Shown: positions 1-8,595 of the stretch, in pieces
Layout: each line of letters starts with the position of its first letter
Numbering within the stretch: position 1 is the stretch's first letter
Source: an uncultured Bacteroidales bacterium
Lineage (GTDB): Bacteria; Bacteroidota; Bacteroidia; Bacteroidales; CAYFUP01
NCBI GenBank assembly: GCA_964346235.1
Contig: CAYFUP010000002.1
Span: 1 to 48,257 of the forward strand
DNA length: 48,257 nucleotides
Direction: 5' to 3'
Position numbers and translations under genes: made by a program
The notes under the pieces: model-generated
What the model was told of the DNA's origin: nothing
The model's input: the letters and a program-made list of their open reading frames with translations, nothing else
Databases searched by the model: none

Positions 1-125
1 GTAAGCAGTAGGCAGTAGGCAGTAGGCAGTAGGAAGGAAGCAATAAGCAGTAAGGCAGTAGGCAGTAAGTCAGTAAGCAGTAGGCAGTAGGCAGTAGGAA
101 GGAAGCAGTAAGCAGCAAAACAGCA
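1..125. repeat. Heptanucleotide tandem tract (AGGCAGT / AAGCAGT / AGGAAGG variants, about 16 units) with a two-block higher-order duplication; truncated by the window edge
   Basis: Direct reading shows gtaagcagt followed by aggcagt x3, aggaagg, aagcaat and so on. Block 1-~50 is repeated at 73-~117 with one unit fewer. The tract ends ~40 nt before the tgt ATG at 161. A period of 7 is not a multiple of 3. Confidence 0.9.
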
Positions 126-160
126 ATGTGGCGAGTTTCTAAATTCATTGATACATATAT

Positions 161-1291
161 ATGCATTTTAATTTGGTTCATTCACAAAGCAGCTCAAAGG
201 CAAGGGCGGGATGGATGAAGACCGGTAAGGGTTTCATTGAAACACCTGTGTTTATGCCTGTGGGAACGGCCGGTTCAGTGAAAGGGATCCATCAATCCGA
301 TTTGTCTGACGATATTCACGCTCAAATTATTCTGGGAAATACCTACCACCTGTTCCTGAGGCCGGGCAATGATATTATCCGGCAGGCAGGCGGACTGCAT
401 CATTTCATCAACTGGCAAAAACCTGTTCTGACCGACAGCGGAGGATACCAGGTTTTTTCCCTTTCTGAAATCCGGAAGATCAAAGAAGAAGGGGTGGAGT
501 TTCAATCCCATATCGATGGATCAAAACATTTTTTCACCCCCGAAAACGTGGTGGACACCCAAAGGATCATCGGGGCAGATATCATTATGGCCCTGGATGA
601 ATGCACACCGTATCCCTGCGATTATAAAGAGGCCAGAAAATCGATGGAATTAACCCACCGCTGGTTATCGCGCGGAATCAAGCACTTTAATCATACCAAA
701 CCGCTTTATGGATATGATCAGGTGATCTTTCCCATAGTTCAGGGAAGCGTTTACGCCGATTTAAGAAAAGAATCGGCAAAATTCATCGCTGAATCAAATT
801 GCCATGGAAATGCAATCGGGGGATTATCGGTCGGTGAACCGGAAGAAGAAATGTATGCCATGATTGAAATTGTGAACGATATACTACCGGAAGAGAAACC
901 ACGTTATTTGATGGGAGTGGGTACGCCGGCCAATATCCTGGAAGCCATTGACAGGGGAGTGGATATGTTCGATTGTGTAATGCCCACCCGGAACGGGCGA
1001 AATGGAATGCTATTTACCAGGGAAGGAATCATCAACATTCGGAATGCAAAATGGAAAAATGATTTTTCGGTCATCGATCCTCATGGCACTTCTTTTGTGG
1101 ATGGCTATTATTCTAAAGCCTACTTAAGGCACCTGATGTATTCCAATGAAATGCTGGGTGCCATGATTGCATCACAGCATAATCTGGCTTTTTATATATG
1201 GCTTGTGGAGAAAGCCAGGGAAAACATTATGAATAATACATTCAGGCAATGGAAACAAAACATGACTGAAAACATAACAAAAAGGATTTAG
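161..1291 (+). CDS. tgt: tRNA-guanine transglycosylase (queuine tRNA-ribosyltransferase)
   Basis: 376-aa ORF with family hallmarks ETPVFMPVGT, LTDSGGYQVFSL, YLMGVGTPANILEAI and DCVMPTRNGRNG. Confidence 0.95.
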   Translation: MHFNLVHSQSSSKARAGWMKTGKGFIETPVFMPVGTAGSVKGIHQSDLSDDIHAQIILGNTYHLFLRPGNDIIRQAGGLHHFINWQKPVLTDSGGYQVFSLSEIRKIKEEGVEFQSHIDGSKHFFTPENVVDTQRIIGADIIMALDECTPYPCDYKEARKSMELTHRWLSRGIKHFNHTKPLYGYDQVIFPIVQGSVYADLRKESAKFIAESNCHGNAIGGLSVGEPEEEMYAMIEIVNDILPEEKPRYLMGVGTPANILEAIDRGVDMFDCVMPTRNGRNGMLFTREGIINIRNAKWKNDFSVIDPHGTSFVDGYYSKAYLRHLMYSNEMLGAMIASQHNLAFYIWLVEKARENIMNNTFRQWKQNMTENITKRI

Positions 1292-1381
1292 CTCAAGTTC
1301 TTGTTGATAAAAAGCGGATGATGGCTGGATGGATTAAATGAAACAACATGTTCAATAAAAACTGATTGCACCATACCTGAA

Positions 1382-2464
1382 ATGAAGCCGAAGATCATAG
1401 ACTTATATATTATTAAAAAATTCCTGGGAACCTTTTTCTTTTCCCTGCTCTTGATCCTGGCCATTACCATAATATTCGATTTTTCGGAAAAGATTGACGA
1501 TTTCATTGAAGAGGAAGTTCCCCTCAATGAAATTGTATTTGACTATTACCTTAACTGGATTCCATATTTTGCTAACCTGTTCAGTTCATTGTTTATTTTT
1601 ATCACCGTCATATTTTTTACTTCCAAAATGGCCACGCATACTGAAATCGTTGCCATTTTAAGCAACGGGGTGAGCTTCAGGCGTATGCTTAGACCTTACA
1701 TCATTTCTTCCCTTTTTATTGCCATTCTGTCCTTTTTTATGGGAACCTATATCATCCCCCCGGCTAATAAAACCAGGATAGAATTCGATAATAAATATTT
1801 GAGAAATCCGTACCGGGATGTCAGCGGTAATATTCACAAACAGGTCAGACCGGGGATTTTTATTTATATCCAGCACTATAGCGCTTTTTCGGATGTCGGA
1901 CATAAATTCACCATGGAACATTTTGAAGATGGCAAGCTGAAATCAAAACTCACTGCCGATTTTGTGAAATGGGATACCACGAAAAATAAATGGAACATCC
2001 GGCGATACTATATCCGGAATATCAATGGAATGGAAGAAGAAATTGTTCGTGGCGACAGAACAGATACCACCCTCAATGTGAAACCCGAGGATTTTAAAAG
2101 CCGGCTGGATTTCGTAGAAGCCATGAACCTCACGGAACTGAATAAATATATTGAAAAGGTGAAAATGCAGGGTACAGAGAATATCGTTTCTTACCAGTTC
2201 GATAAGCATAGCCGCTTTTCATATCCTTTTTCCATCATCATCCTCACCATTATTGGGTTTTCCTTGTCTTCCCGTAAAACAAGGGGAGGTATCGGCATGC
2301 ATATCGGATTGGGGATTTTGCTCAGCTTCACCTATATCTTGTTTATGCGTTTTTCGGAAATGTTTGCCATAGGAGGATTAATACCGGCAGTGGCAGCCGT
2401 TTGGATACCGAATACCCTTTATGGCATCATTGCTTTTATTCTTTTCCGGCAGGCTCCAAAATAA
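1382..2464 (+). CDS. LptF/LptG (YjgP/YjgQ) family LPS export permease
   Basis: 360 aa. The N-terminus IIDLYIIKKFLGTFFFSLLLIL is typical of the family. There are three N-terminal and three C-terminal TM segments around a periplasmic beta-jellyroll-sized insert. Confidence 0.85.
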   Translation: MKPKIIDLYIIKKFLGTFFFSLLLILAITIIFDFSEKIDDFIEEEVPLNEIVFDYYLNWIPYFANLFSSLFIFITVIFFTSKMATHTEIVAILSNGVSFRRMLRPYIISSLFIAILSFFMGTYIIPPANKTRIEFDNKYLRNPYRDVSGNIHKQVRPGIFIYIQHYSAFSDVGHKFTMEHFEDGKLKSKLTADFVKWDTTKNKWNIRRYYIRNINGMEEEIVRGDRTDTTLNVKPEDFKSRLDFVEAMNLTELNKYIEKVKMQGTENIVSYQFDKHSRFSYPFSIIILTIIGFSLSSRKTRGGIGMHIGLGILLSFTYILFMRFSEMFAIGGLIPAVAAVWIPNTLYGIIAFILFRQAPK

Positions 2465-2575
2465 CTATTTAGCGGGTCTAAGGCATTTTTTTGCGATCTG
2501 ATCTTGCACAAAACAGTATTTTTATTATCTTTAACCTGCAATTTTTTTATTGGTAAACTTTTTTACTTTCTTATA

Positions 2576-3100
2576 ATGAAGTTTTTAAAGCGATATCAAC
2601 ATCTGTTTATTGTACTTACCGGATTGGTTTTTATGAGCATTTATTATCAGCCTGAAGAATATACGGCTTATAAACCGGTCTTGATGGAACGTGAAGAACT
2701 GGAAAAATCCATTGCTTTCCTCTCATCTCAGCCCTTACTCAACACCGGTAAAATATATTATAAAGATGAATTTGTTTTCATTTCTGAAAAATATAAAGGC
2801 ATTCATGTGATTGACAATTCCGATTCCCTGGCACCGGAAAAAACCGGTTTTATCAGAATTCCCGGATGCATTGATATGGCCATCAAAAAGAATATCCTGT
2901 ATGCCGATAATGCGGTGGACTTAATTGCCCTGGAATTAGTTAATAATGAATCGGTTCGTGTAACAAAGCGTATCAAAAATGTATTTCCCGAACTTACACC
3001 ACCGGGATATGATTATGTGCCCTGGAATTATGATGACGACCATCGTCCCGAAGGAACCATTATTGTAGAATGGAAGAAAAACAGGGAGGATATACGGTGA
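2576..3100 (+). CDS. Hypothetical membrane-anchored protein with an LVIVD-like beta-propeller blade motif
   Basis: The ORF track starts at a TTG (2504). The ATG at 2576 gives MKFLKRYQHLFIVLTGLVFMSIYY, an N-terminal TM anchor. KGIHVIDNSDSLAPEK resembles an LVIVD-type blade. The stop overlaps the next gene's GTG (GTGA at 3097-3100). Confidence 0.5.
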   Translation: MKFLKRYQHLFIVLTGLVFMSIYYQPEEYTAYKPVLMEREELEKSIAFLSSQPLLNTGKIYYKDEFVFISEKYKGIHVIDNSDSLAPEKTGFIRIPGCIDMAIKKNILYADNAVDLIALELVNNESVRVTKRIKNVFPELTPPGYDYVPWNYDDDHRPEGTIIVEWKKNREDIR

Positions 3101-3840
3101 AAACAGACAAATTCCTTGCGATAATCGTTTTGTTCCTGATGGCCATGGTGTTCATGCATTGCGAAGGAGATTCCAGTAGCAGTTCGGACTCCGGACAGGG
3201 GGGGTCGCTGGCCAGGTTTACCATTAAAGACAATTATCTATATACCGTTGATCAAAGTCAGCTCAAAGCCTTTGATATCACCGAGCCTGCCAGACCGGAA
3301 TTCAAAAGCAATATCCATGTGGGTTTCGGGGTGGAAACCATTTTTCCGTATGACAGCCTGTTGTTTCTTGGTACCAATACCGGGATGTATATTTACGGAA
3401 CTTCAAATCCCGGTAACCCTGCGGAACTCTCATTCTTTGAGCATATTACCAGTTGTGATCCGGTGGTTACCGATGGGAAATATGCTTATGTGACCCTCAA
3501 CTCGCTGAATGACTGGTGTGGCAGAAATACCAATGAACTCCAGATAGTGGACGTTTCCAATCCATACAAACCTTCCCTTTTGAAAACCTATGACATGATT
3601 CAGCCCAGGGGACTGGGGGTTCAGGATAGTCTGCTGTTTATTTGCGACGATTACCTGAAGGTGTATGATGTTTCCAATCCGCTGGAGATGCAATTATTGC
3701 AGGAGTTTAACATCGTCTCCAAGGATGTTATACCATTGGAAAACATCTTGCTGGTGGTCGGGGAAGGTGGATTTTTCCAATATTTATACAAAGATGGAGG
3801 TTTGCAGTTGCTCAGCCGGATTAACATTGATGCCAACTGA
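3097..3840 (+). CDS. Lipoprotein with LVIVD-like beta-propeller repeats
   Basis: The GTG at 3097 (or ATG at 3070) gives KTDKFLAIIVLFLMAMVFMHC|EGDSSSSSD, a signal peptide with a lipobox Cys and an acidic or Ser-rich tail. Repeated blade motifs are LKAFDITEPARPE, ELQIVDVSNPYKPSLL and LKVYDVSNPLEMQLL. Confidence 0.65.
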   Translation: MKTDKFLAIIVLFLMAMVFMHCEGDSSSSSDSGQGGSLARFTIKDNYLYTVDQSQLKAFDITEPARPEFKSNIHVGFGVETIFPYDSLLFLGTNTGMYIYGTSNPGNPAELSFFEHITSCDPVVTDGKYAYVTLNSLNDWCGRNTNELQIVDVSNPYKPSLLKTYDMIQPRGLGVQDSLLFICDDYLKVYDVSNPLEMQLLQEFNIVSKDVIPLENILLVVGEGGFFQYLYKDGGLQLLSRINIDAN

Positions 3841-3877
3841 TCATCATTAGGTATGGTAAATAAAAACAAATTGAGCC

Positions 3878-4504
3878 ATGAAACCAATTAAAATGATTTT
3901 TATCCTCTTATTGATGGGTTTGTTTTACAATCTTTCCGCCTTCGGACAATCGAAAGATACTGTGGTGGATTATACCCTGTCCTTCGTCCCGCAATACCTG
4001 ATAATCAGCGGAGCACGAATCGATCTGGACATCCGGCTGAATGAACAAAACTATTTAAATGCCGGTCCGCAACTGTATGCCAGGTATGGAGAAGAAGAAC
4101 CTTATAAAGGCGCCGGACTGGACCTGATGGTCAAACGTTTCTTTGAACCTGTTTCCCGGCCGGTTGGTTTGTATATCGCCTATGGCGGGATGATACAGTA
4201 TTTCAAGATTACTTATGAGAAGCAGGGATGGCATTCATATGAAGTGGACGGGATCACCTATATGGAGGACGGGATATATGATAAAACGGAAAGAATTTAT
4301 AAGACCGGTTTTAATTTCGTTATCGGTTACCAGGATAAATTTGTGGATGCCTTATTTATGGATGTTTATTTCGGACTGGGATACCGCTATAGTTTCTTTC
4401 CGGACGAAAGCTATGAAGATTCAGAATTTACCAATAACATAGTGGATTTTGGTTTCAGGGGAATAATGCCTGTGGGAGGGTTGAAACTGATGGTGTTCCT
4501 GTAA
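3878..4504 (+). CDS. Hypothetical secreted, beta-rich (outer-membrane-like) protein
   Basis: 208 aa. The signal peptide is MKPIKMIFILLLMGLFYNLSAFGQ. The rest has alternating aromatic and Gly-rich strands (GFNFVIGYQ, YFGLGYRYSF). I recognise no named family. Confidence 0.55.
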   Translation: MKPIKMIFILLLMGLFYNLSAFGQSKDTVVDYTLSFVPQYLIISGARIDLDIRLNEQNYLNAGPQLYARYGEEEPYKGAGLDLMVKRFFEPVSRPVGLYIAYGGMIQYFKITYEKQGWHSYEVDGITYMEDGIYDKTERIYKTGFNFVIGYQDKFVDALFMDVYFGLGYRYSFFPDESYEDSEFTNNIVDFGFRGIMPVGGLKLMVFL

Positions 4505-4635
4505 AGCCCAAAAAAAATGACCATAATTCCGCCTAAGCGGTCAGCCATTTCCTTCTTTTTTTATCTTAATTTTGTTTTGGATGAATGCATTCTTGAATGG
4601 GTTTAAGTAGCTGTAATACTGATTATTAATGATTC

Positions 4636-6585
4636 ATGATTGATCAAAATACCATACAGAACATCGTAGAAACCGCCGATATTGTTGAGGTGGTGGGGGA
4701 ATTTGTTAGATTGAAAAAACGGGGCGTCAATTTTACCGGTCTGTGTCCCTTTCATAACGAAAAAACCCCTTCCTTTTCGGTTTCACCCGCCAGGGGCATC
4801 TATAAATGTTTTGGTTGCGGTAAAGGCGGAAATGTGGTGAATTTCATCATGGATCATGAAAACCTTTCCTACCCGGAAGCCTTAAAATATCTGGCCCGGA
4901 AATATCATATCGAGATTGAAGACAAGGAACCCACCCCCGAAGAAATCGAACAAAAAAATGAACGGGAATCCCTGATGGTGGTCACGGAGTTTGCTCAAAA
5001 ATATTTTACAAACCTGCTTCATGAACACGCCCAGGGTAAGGCCATCGGTCTGAGCTACCTGAGGGAAAGGGGATTCCGGGATGAAATCATTGAAAAATTC
5101 CAGCTCGGGTATTGCCTTGATTCCTGGGATGCATTTACCGGGTATGCCAAAAGTCAGGGATACAAAACAAAATACCTGGTCGGGACAGGATTGACCATAG
5201 AAAAGAACAACAAATATTTTGACAGGTTTTCTGGTCGTATCATGTTTCCCATACATGCCGTTTCCGGAAAAATTATTGGTTTTGGGGGCAGAACCCTCAA
5301 AGCCGATAAAAAGACGGCCAAGTATCTGAATTCCCCTGAATCGGAGATTTATCATAAAAGTCAGGTGCTGTACGGACTGTATTTTGCCAAACGGTCCATC
5401 ATGAAAGAGGAAAAGTGCTACCTGGTAGAGGGTTATACGGATGTGATTGCCTTTCATCAGGCCGGAATTGAAAATGTGCTGGCTTCTTCCGGTACTTCGC
5501 TTACGGAAGGACAAATAAGGCTGATTAAAAGGTTTACTGAAAATGTAACCGTTATCTATGACGGGGATGAGGCAGGAATCAAAGCATCTTTGCGGGGCAT
5601 TGACCTGATTCTGAAAGAAGGGCTCAACATAAAAGTGTTGGCCCTGCCTGAAGAGGAGGATCCGGACTCTTTTGCCAAAAAACATGATATGGATTCCTTA
5701 AACGCATATATTGCTGAAAATGAAACTGATTTTATCCATTTCAAAACAAAGCTTTTGCTGGAGGATGCCAGGAAAGACCCGATTCGCCGGGCCAACCTGG
5801 TATCCGATATTGTTCGCTCCATTGCCGTTATTCCCAATACCATAACACGCTCTGTTTATATCAAAGAATGCAGTTCTCTGCTCAATATGGATGAAAAGGT
5901 ATTGTATTATGAATCCAATAAAATCAGAAGGCAGCAATTTGAAAAAGAAAGAAAATGGCAAAAAAATGCACCGTCTTCAGAAAAAAATGAAGCAGCAAAA
6001 AATCAACAGAATGCATTCGAGATAAGGGAAGGATACGACCAGGAAAAAGAATTAATCAGGGTATTACTGACTTATGGCCATAAAAATGTCTCAACACAGA
6101 ATGAAGATACAGGGGAAGAATCCGAGATTACCGTAGCGGATTATATTAAAGATGAAATCCACGGAGATGATCTTGATTTTGAATATGAAATTTTTAAGAA
6201 AATTTTTAAGGCCTATTTTGAGGTGGTTTCTCAAAACGGCTCATTTGACGAAAAAATGCTGATAAACCATTCCGACGAGCAGATTGTCAAATTTATCATT
6301 GATATTTTGAGTCCGAAATACCACCAAAGCAGATTCTGGAAAAGAGGGGGCAATTTTTATGAAACGGAAGAGGACCGTTTTAAGCAGGTGGTTAAGGATA
6401 TCTTGCTGGCATTTAAGCAGGTTAAAATCCAGCACATGCTTCAGGACACCGAAAAGAAGTTGGGAAAAGCCCAGGAGAGCGAACTGGAAGAAGAGATAAA
6501 ACAGTATTTTCACCAATTCAACGCCTTAACCCATCTTAAAATGGAACTTGCAAAGAATCTGGGCTTTCGGACGATACTGAAGTAG
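4636..6585 (+). CDS. dnaG: DNA primase
   Basis: 649 aa. CHC2 zinc finger CPFHNEKTPSFSVSPARGIYKCFGCGKGG. RNA polymerase core. TOPRIM motifs LVEGYTDVIAFHQAG and VIYDGDEAG. Confidence 0.95.
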   Translation: MIDQNTIQNIVETADIVEVVGEFVRLKKRGVNFTGLCPFHNEKTPSFSVSPARGIYKCFGCGKGGNVVNFIMDHENLSYPEALKYLARKYHIEIEDKEPTPEEIEQKNERESLMVVTEFAQKYFTNLLHEHAQGKAIGLSYLRERGFRDEIIEKFQLGYCLDSWDAFTGYAKSQGYKTKYLVGTGLTIEKNNKYFDRFSGRIMFPIHAVSGKIIGFGGRTLKADKKTAKYLNSPESEIYHKSQVLYGLYFAKRSIMKEEKCYLVEGYTDVIAFHQAGIENVLASSGTSLTEGQIRLIKRFTENVTVIYDGDEAGIKASLRGIDLILKEGLNIKVLALPEEEDPDSFAKKHDMDSLNAYIAENETDFIHFKTKLLLEDARKDPIRRANLVSDIVRSIAVIPNTITRSVYIKECSSLLNMDEKVLYYESNKIRRQQFEKERKWQKNAPSSEKNEAAKNQQNAFEIREGYDQEKELIRVLLTYGHKNVSTQNEDTGEESEITVADYIKDEIHGDDLDFEYEIFKKIFKAYFEVVSQNGSFDEKMLINHSDEQIVKFIIDILSPKYHQSRFWKRGGNFYETEEDRFKQVVKDILLAFKQVKIQHMLQDTEKKLGKAQESELEEEIKQYFHQFNALTHLKMELAKNLGFRTILK

Positions 6586-8314
6586 TATCCGAGGCAAGGT
6601 TCCAGGTCTGTTCCAGATCCCAGTTAGCCCGTATCTCCAGTTCCTGCGGATAAAAAATCACCTTTTCCGGTTGAATGCCTTTTATATAATGACCGGTGTC
6701 CCATTTTCCGTTTCCATTTCGGTCAAAAATGGCTTTGAGCCGGTAAGATGCCGCATTCAGATAGGGAAATGATACCTCCCCGTTGCTGGAAATCATATGT
6801 TTTCTTTTTACATTGCTGTTATTGTCTAACAGCTGGATGACCATCGGGCCGGTCACCGACTCGAGTGTTAAAATCAGGTGGCCATAAAAGCTTTCTTCCC
6901 TTACCCTGATTTGAGCGTCGAGGGTATCAGTGGTTTGTCCGTAAATATCAGTGATGGCATTGGGAAAAACATCCAAGCGGTAAGTTTTTTCAGGTTCCCA
7001 TTCATAATCCACCTTCGCCCTTTTTAATTGATCCTCGCGTTTGATCATGCCAAAAGGGACCAGGTAAAACAGGGTATCATCTTTCTCATAAAGCCTCATG
7101 TAAGTGGTATCAATATGTCCGATGGGATGTTCCGACTCAATCATTACCGAGTCCCCCAAATCAAGAAAACTTCCACTGCCGGTGCGCAGGTTCACAGGAA
7201 GCAGTGTCTGTTCTTTTTTACCTGCTTTATCTTCCTGCACGCTGTATGAACGCATCATGAGGGTATCGGCACGGGTTTGCAGACTGTCATATTTGTCCAG
7301 ATACGTATATTCCATCCTGAGGGAGAAGGTATCACTTTTGATAAGCGTTGAATCGGTGATCCAATAGGTTAAGGAATCATTGCGGTGACTGACTTCCCTG
7401 ATAGCCCAATCTTTTTCATGGTCGATGTGGAGCGGCTCCACGAGAAGCGGCCGAACGAGCGGTTCATTGAACGCAAAGGATAGCAAATGCCTTTCTAACC
7501 TGTCGGATGTTTTGATATATTGATTGATTTCTTCTTCATTAAATAAATAGTAATTGAGTTCAGGGGCTTTGTAAACCATGTTGATTTTTTTTAAAGAAGG
7601 CCCTGAAGCTGCAGTATCTTCGGTCACGCTCGAATCCAGACGGAAAGTAATAAGCGTATCAGCAAAAGCAATCCGCTCATTGGGCATGTCATACATATAA
7701 TTCCTGTTCTTGTCATCCAGCAGAAATACTTTAAAGGTATCATGCCTTATATTGTTGATGGCAAAATGCCCTTCATCGTTGGTGCGTGAAAGGTAATAAG
7801 GTACCTGTTTATAAGGAATTGAATCTTCCAGCTCTTCATAAAGCATGGCATAGACGTTTTCCAGCGGTTTATTGTCAAAAGCATTGAGCACCTTTCCTTC
7901 AAAGCTCAGGGAGTCGATATAGGGACCCGTGGAGAAGACGAATTCAAAGTTCTCCATCGGATTTCCCTCATTGTTGTCCACTATGGCATCACTGAAATTA
8001 AATGAATAAGTGGTGTTTTCCCGGAGGGTATCTATAATTTTGAGCTCAATTTCTTTTCCTTTGTTAACGATCCTGGGCTGATTTTCCATGGGGGGTGAAA
8101 TGAGCAGTTTATTGTTGACGTCCTGTAACTGAATGAATTCGTCAAATTCAATTTCTATTTCATCGCCTTCAAAATTTCTGGCATAGTTAGCCGGTTCGCT
8201 TTCAACCACCCTGGGAGGCACCTCATCCACCGGCCCCCCGCTTGGCGGGACAATCTTTGCACAGCCGGTTAACATAATGAGTGTTAATAGAATCAGGAAG
8301 GTAGAACGGTACAT
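6536..8314 (-). CDS. Ig-like (Big_5/SbsA-type) domain lipoprotein, conserved hypothetical
   Basis: 592 aa. The lipoprotein signal is LTLIMLTGC|AK. It is followed by PPSGGPVDEVPPRVVESEPANYARNFEGDEIEIEFDEFI, the usual N-terminus of this Bacteroidota lipoprotein family. The 3' end overlaps dnaG convergently by 50 nt. Confidence 0.7.
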   Translation of the reverse strand: MYRSTFLILLTLIMLTGCAKIVPPSGGPVDEVPPRVVESEPANYARNFEGDEIEIEFDEFIQLQDVNNKLLISPPMENQPRIVNKGKEIELKIIDTLRENTTYSFNFSDAIVDNNEGNPMENFEFVFSTGPYIDSLSFEGKVLNAFDNKPLENVYAMLYEELEDSIPYKQVPYYLSRTNDEGHFAINNIRHDTFKVFLLDDKNRNYMYDMPNERIAFADTLITFRLDSSVTEDTAASGPSLKKINMVYKAPELNYYLFNEEEINQYIKTSDRLERHLLSFAFNEPLVRPLLVEPLHIDHEKDWAIREVSHRNDSLTYWITDSTLIKSDTFSLRMEYTYLDKYDSLQTRADTLMMRSYSVQEDKAGKKEQTLLPVNLRTGSGSFLDLGDSVMIESEHPIGHIDTTYMRLYEKDDTLFYLVPFGMIKREDQLKRAKVDYEWEPEKTYRLDVFPNAITDIYGQTTDTLDAQIRVREESFYGHLILTLESVTGPMVIQLLDNNSNVKRKHMISSNGEVSFPYLNAASYRLKAIFDRNGNGKWDTGHYIKGIQPEKVIFYPQELEIRANWDLEQTWNLASDTTSVSSESPDSLQVPF

Positions 8315-8342
8315 TTGGTTTTATTAATGAGTTTGATAGTTA

Positions 8343-8495
8343 GTGGTTCTGAGAAAACGTCAATAACTGCGTGATGCTCACCTTAAGCACCAGTCATTTA
8401 CGACCAGTAAACTCCGGGCACTTAAGGCTTGCATGCCTTCTTATTGACGCCTTCTTAGAACCACTTTAGCATAATTTGTTGGTTTTCTTAGTGAC
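8343..8495 (-). repeat. Structured intergenic repeat, copy 1 (122-nt hairpin 8343-8464 plus ~30-nt conserved tail)
   Basis: 111/122 identical to 48023-48144, and the tail is also conserved. It has a 24-bp basal stem, a 12-bp middle stem and a 6-bp apical stem. Pairing is near-perfect only for the minus-strand transcript (G.U pairs). Confidence 0.85.
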
Positions 8496-8595
8496 AATAA
8501 TTAGAGAACGCATATTAGCTGTGAATATTATCTGTCCATTGGGGATTTGGGAGTTCGCCTGATTTCATTATAAACCCCTTATCAGCCATTGCCGG

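Noticed and set aside
4882-5685. 267-aa minus-strand ORF antisense to dnaG (and similar ORFs at 12119-12640 antisense to ispG, 46439-46930 antisense to the sulfotransferase-like gene, and 37798-38238 antisense to tonB)
   Set aside because: Each overlaps a confidently identified gene on the opposite strand and has no family motifs. The Ser-rich 37798-38238 ORF simply mirrors the E/P-rich TonB linker.
8343-8464. Hairpin repeat as an integron attC site or a tRNA-like gene
   Set aside because: There are no GTTRRRY/RYYYAAC core sites at the ends and no integrase nearby. There is no cloverleaf or T-loop consensus. The structure is a single long hairpin.
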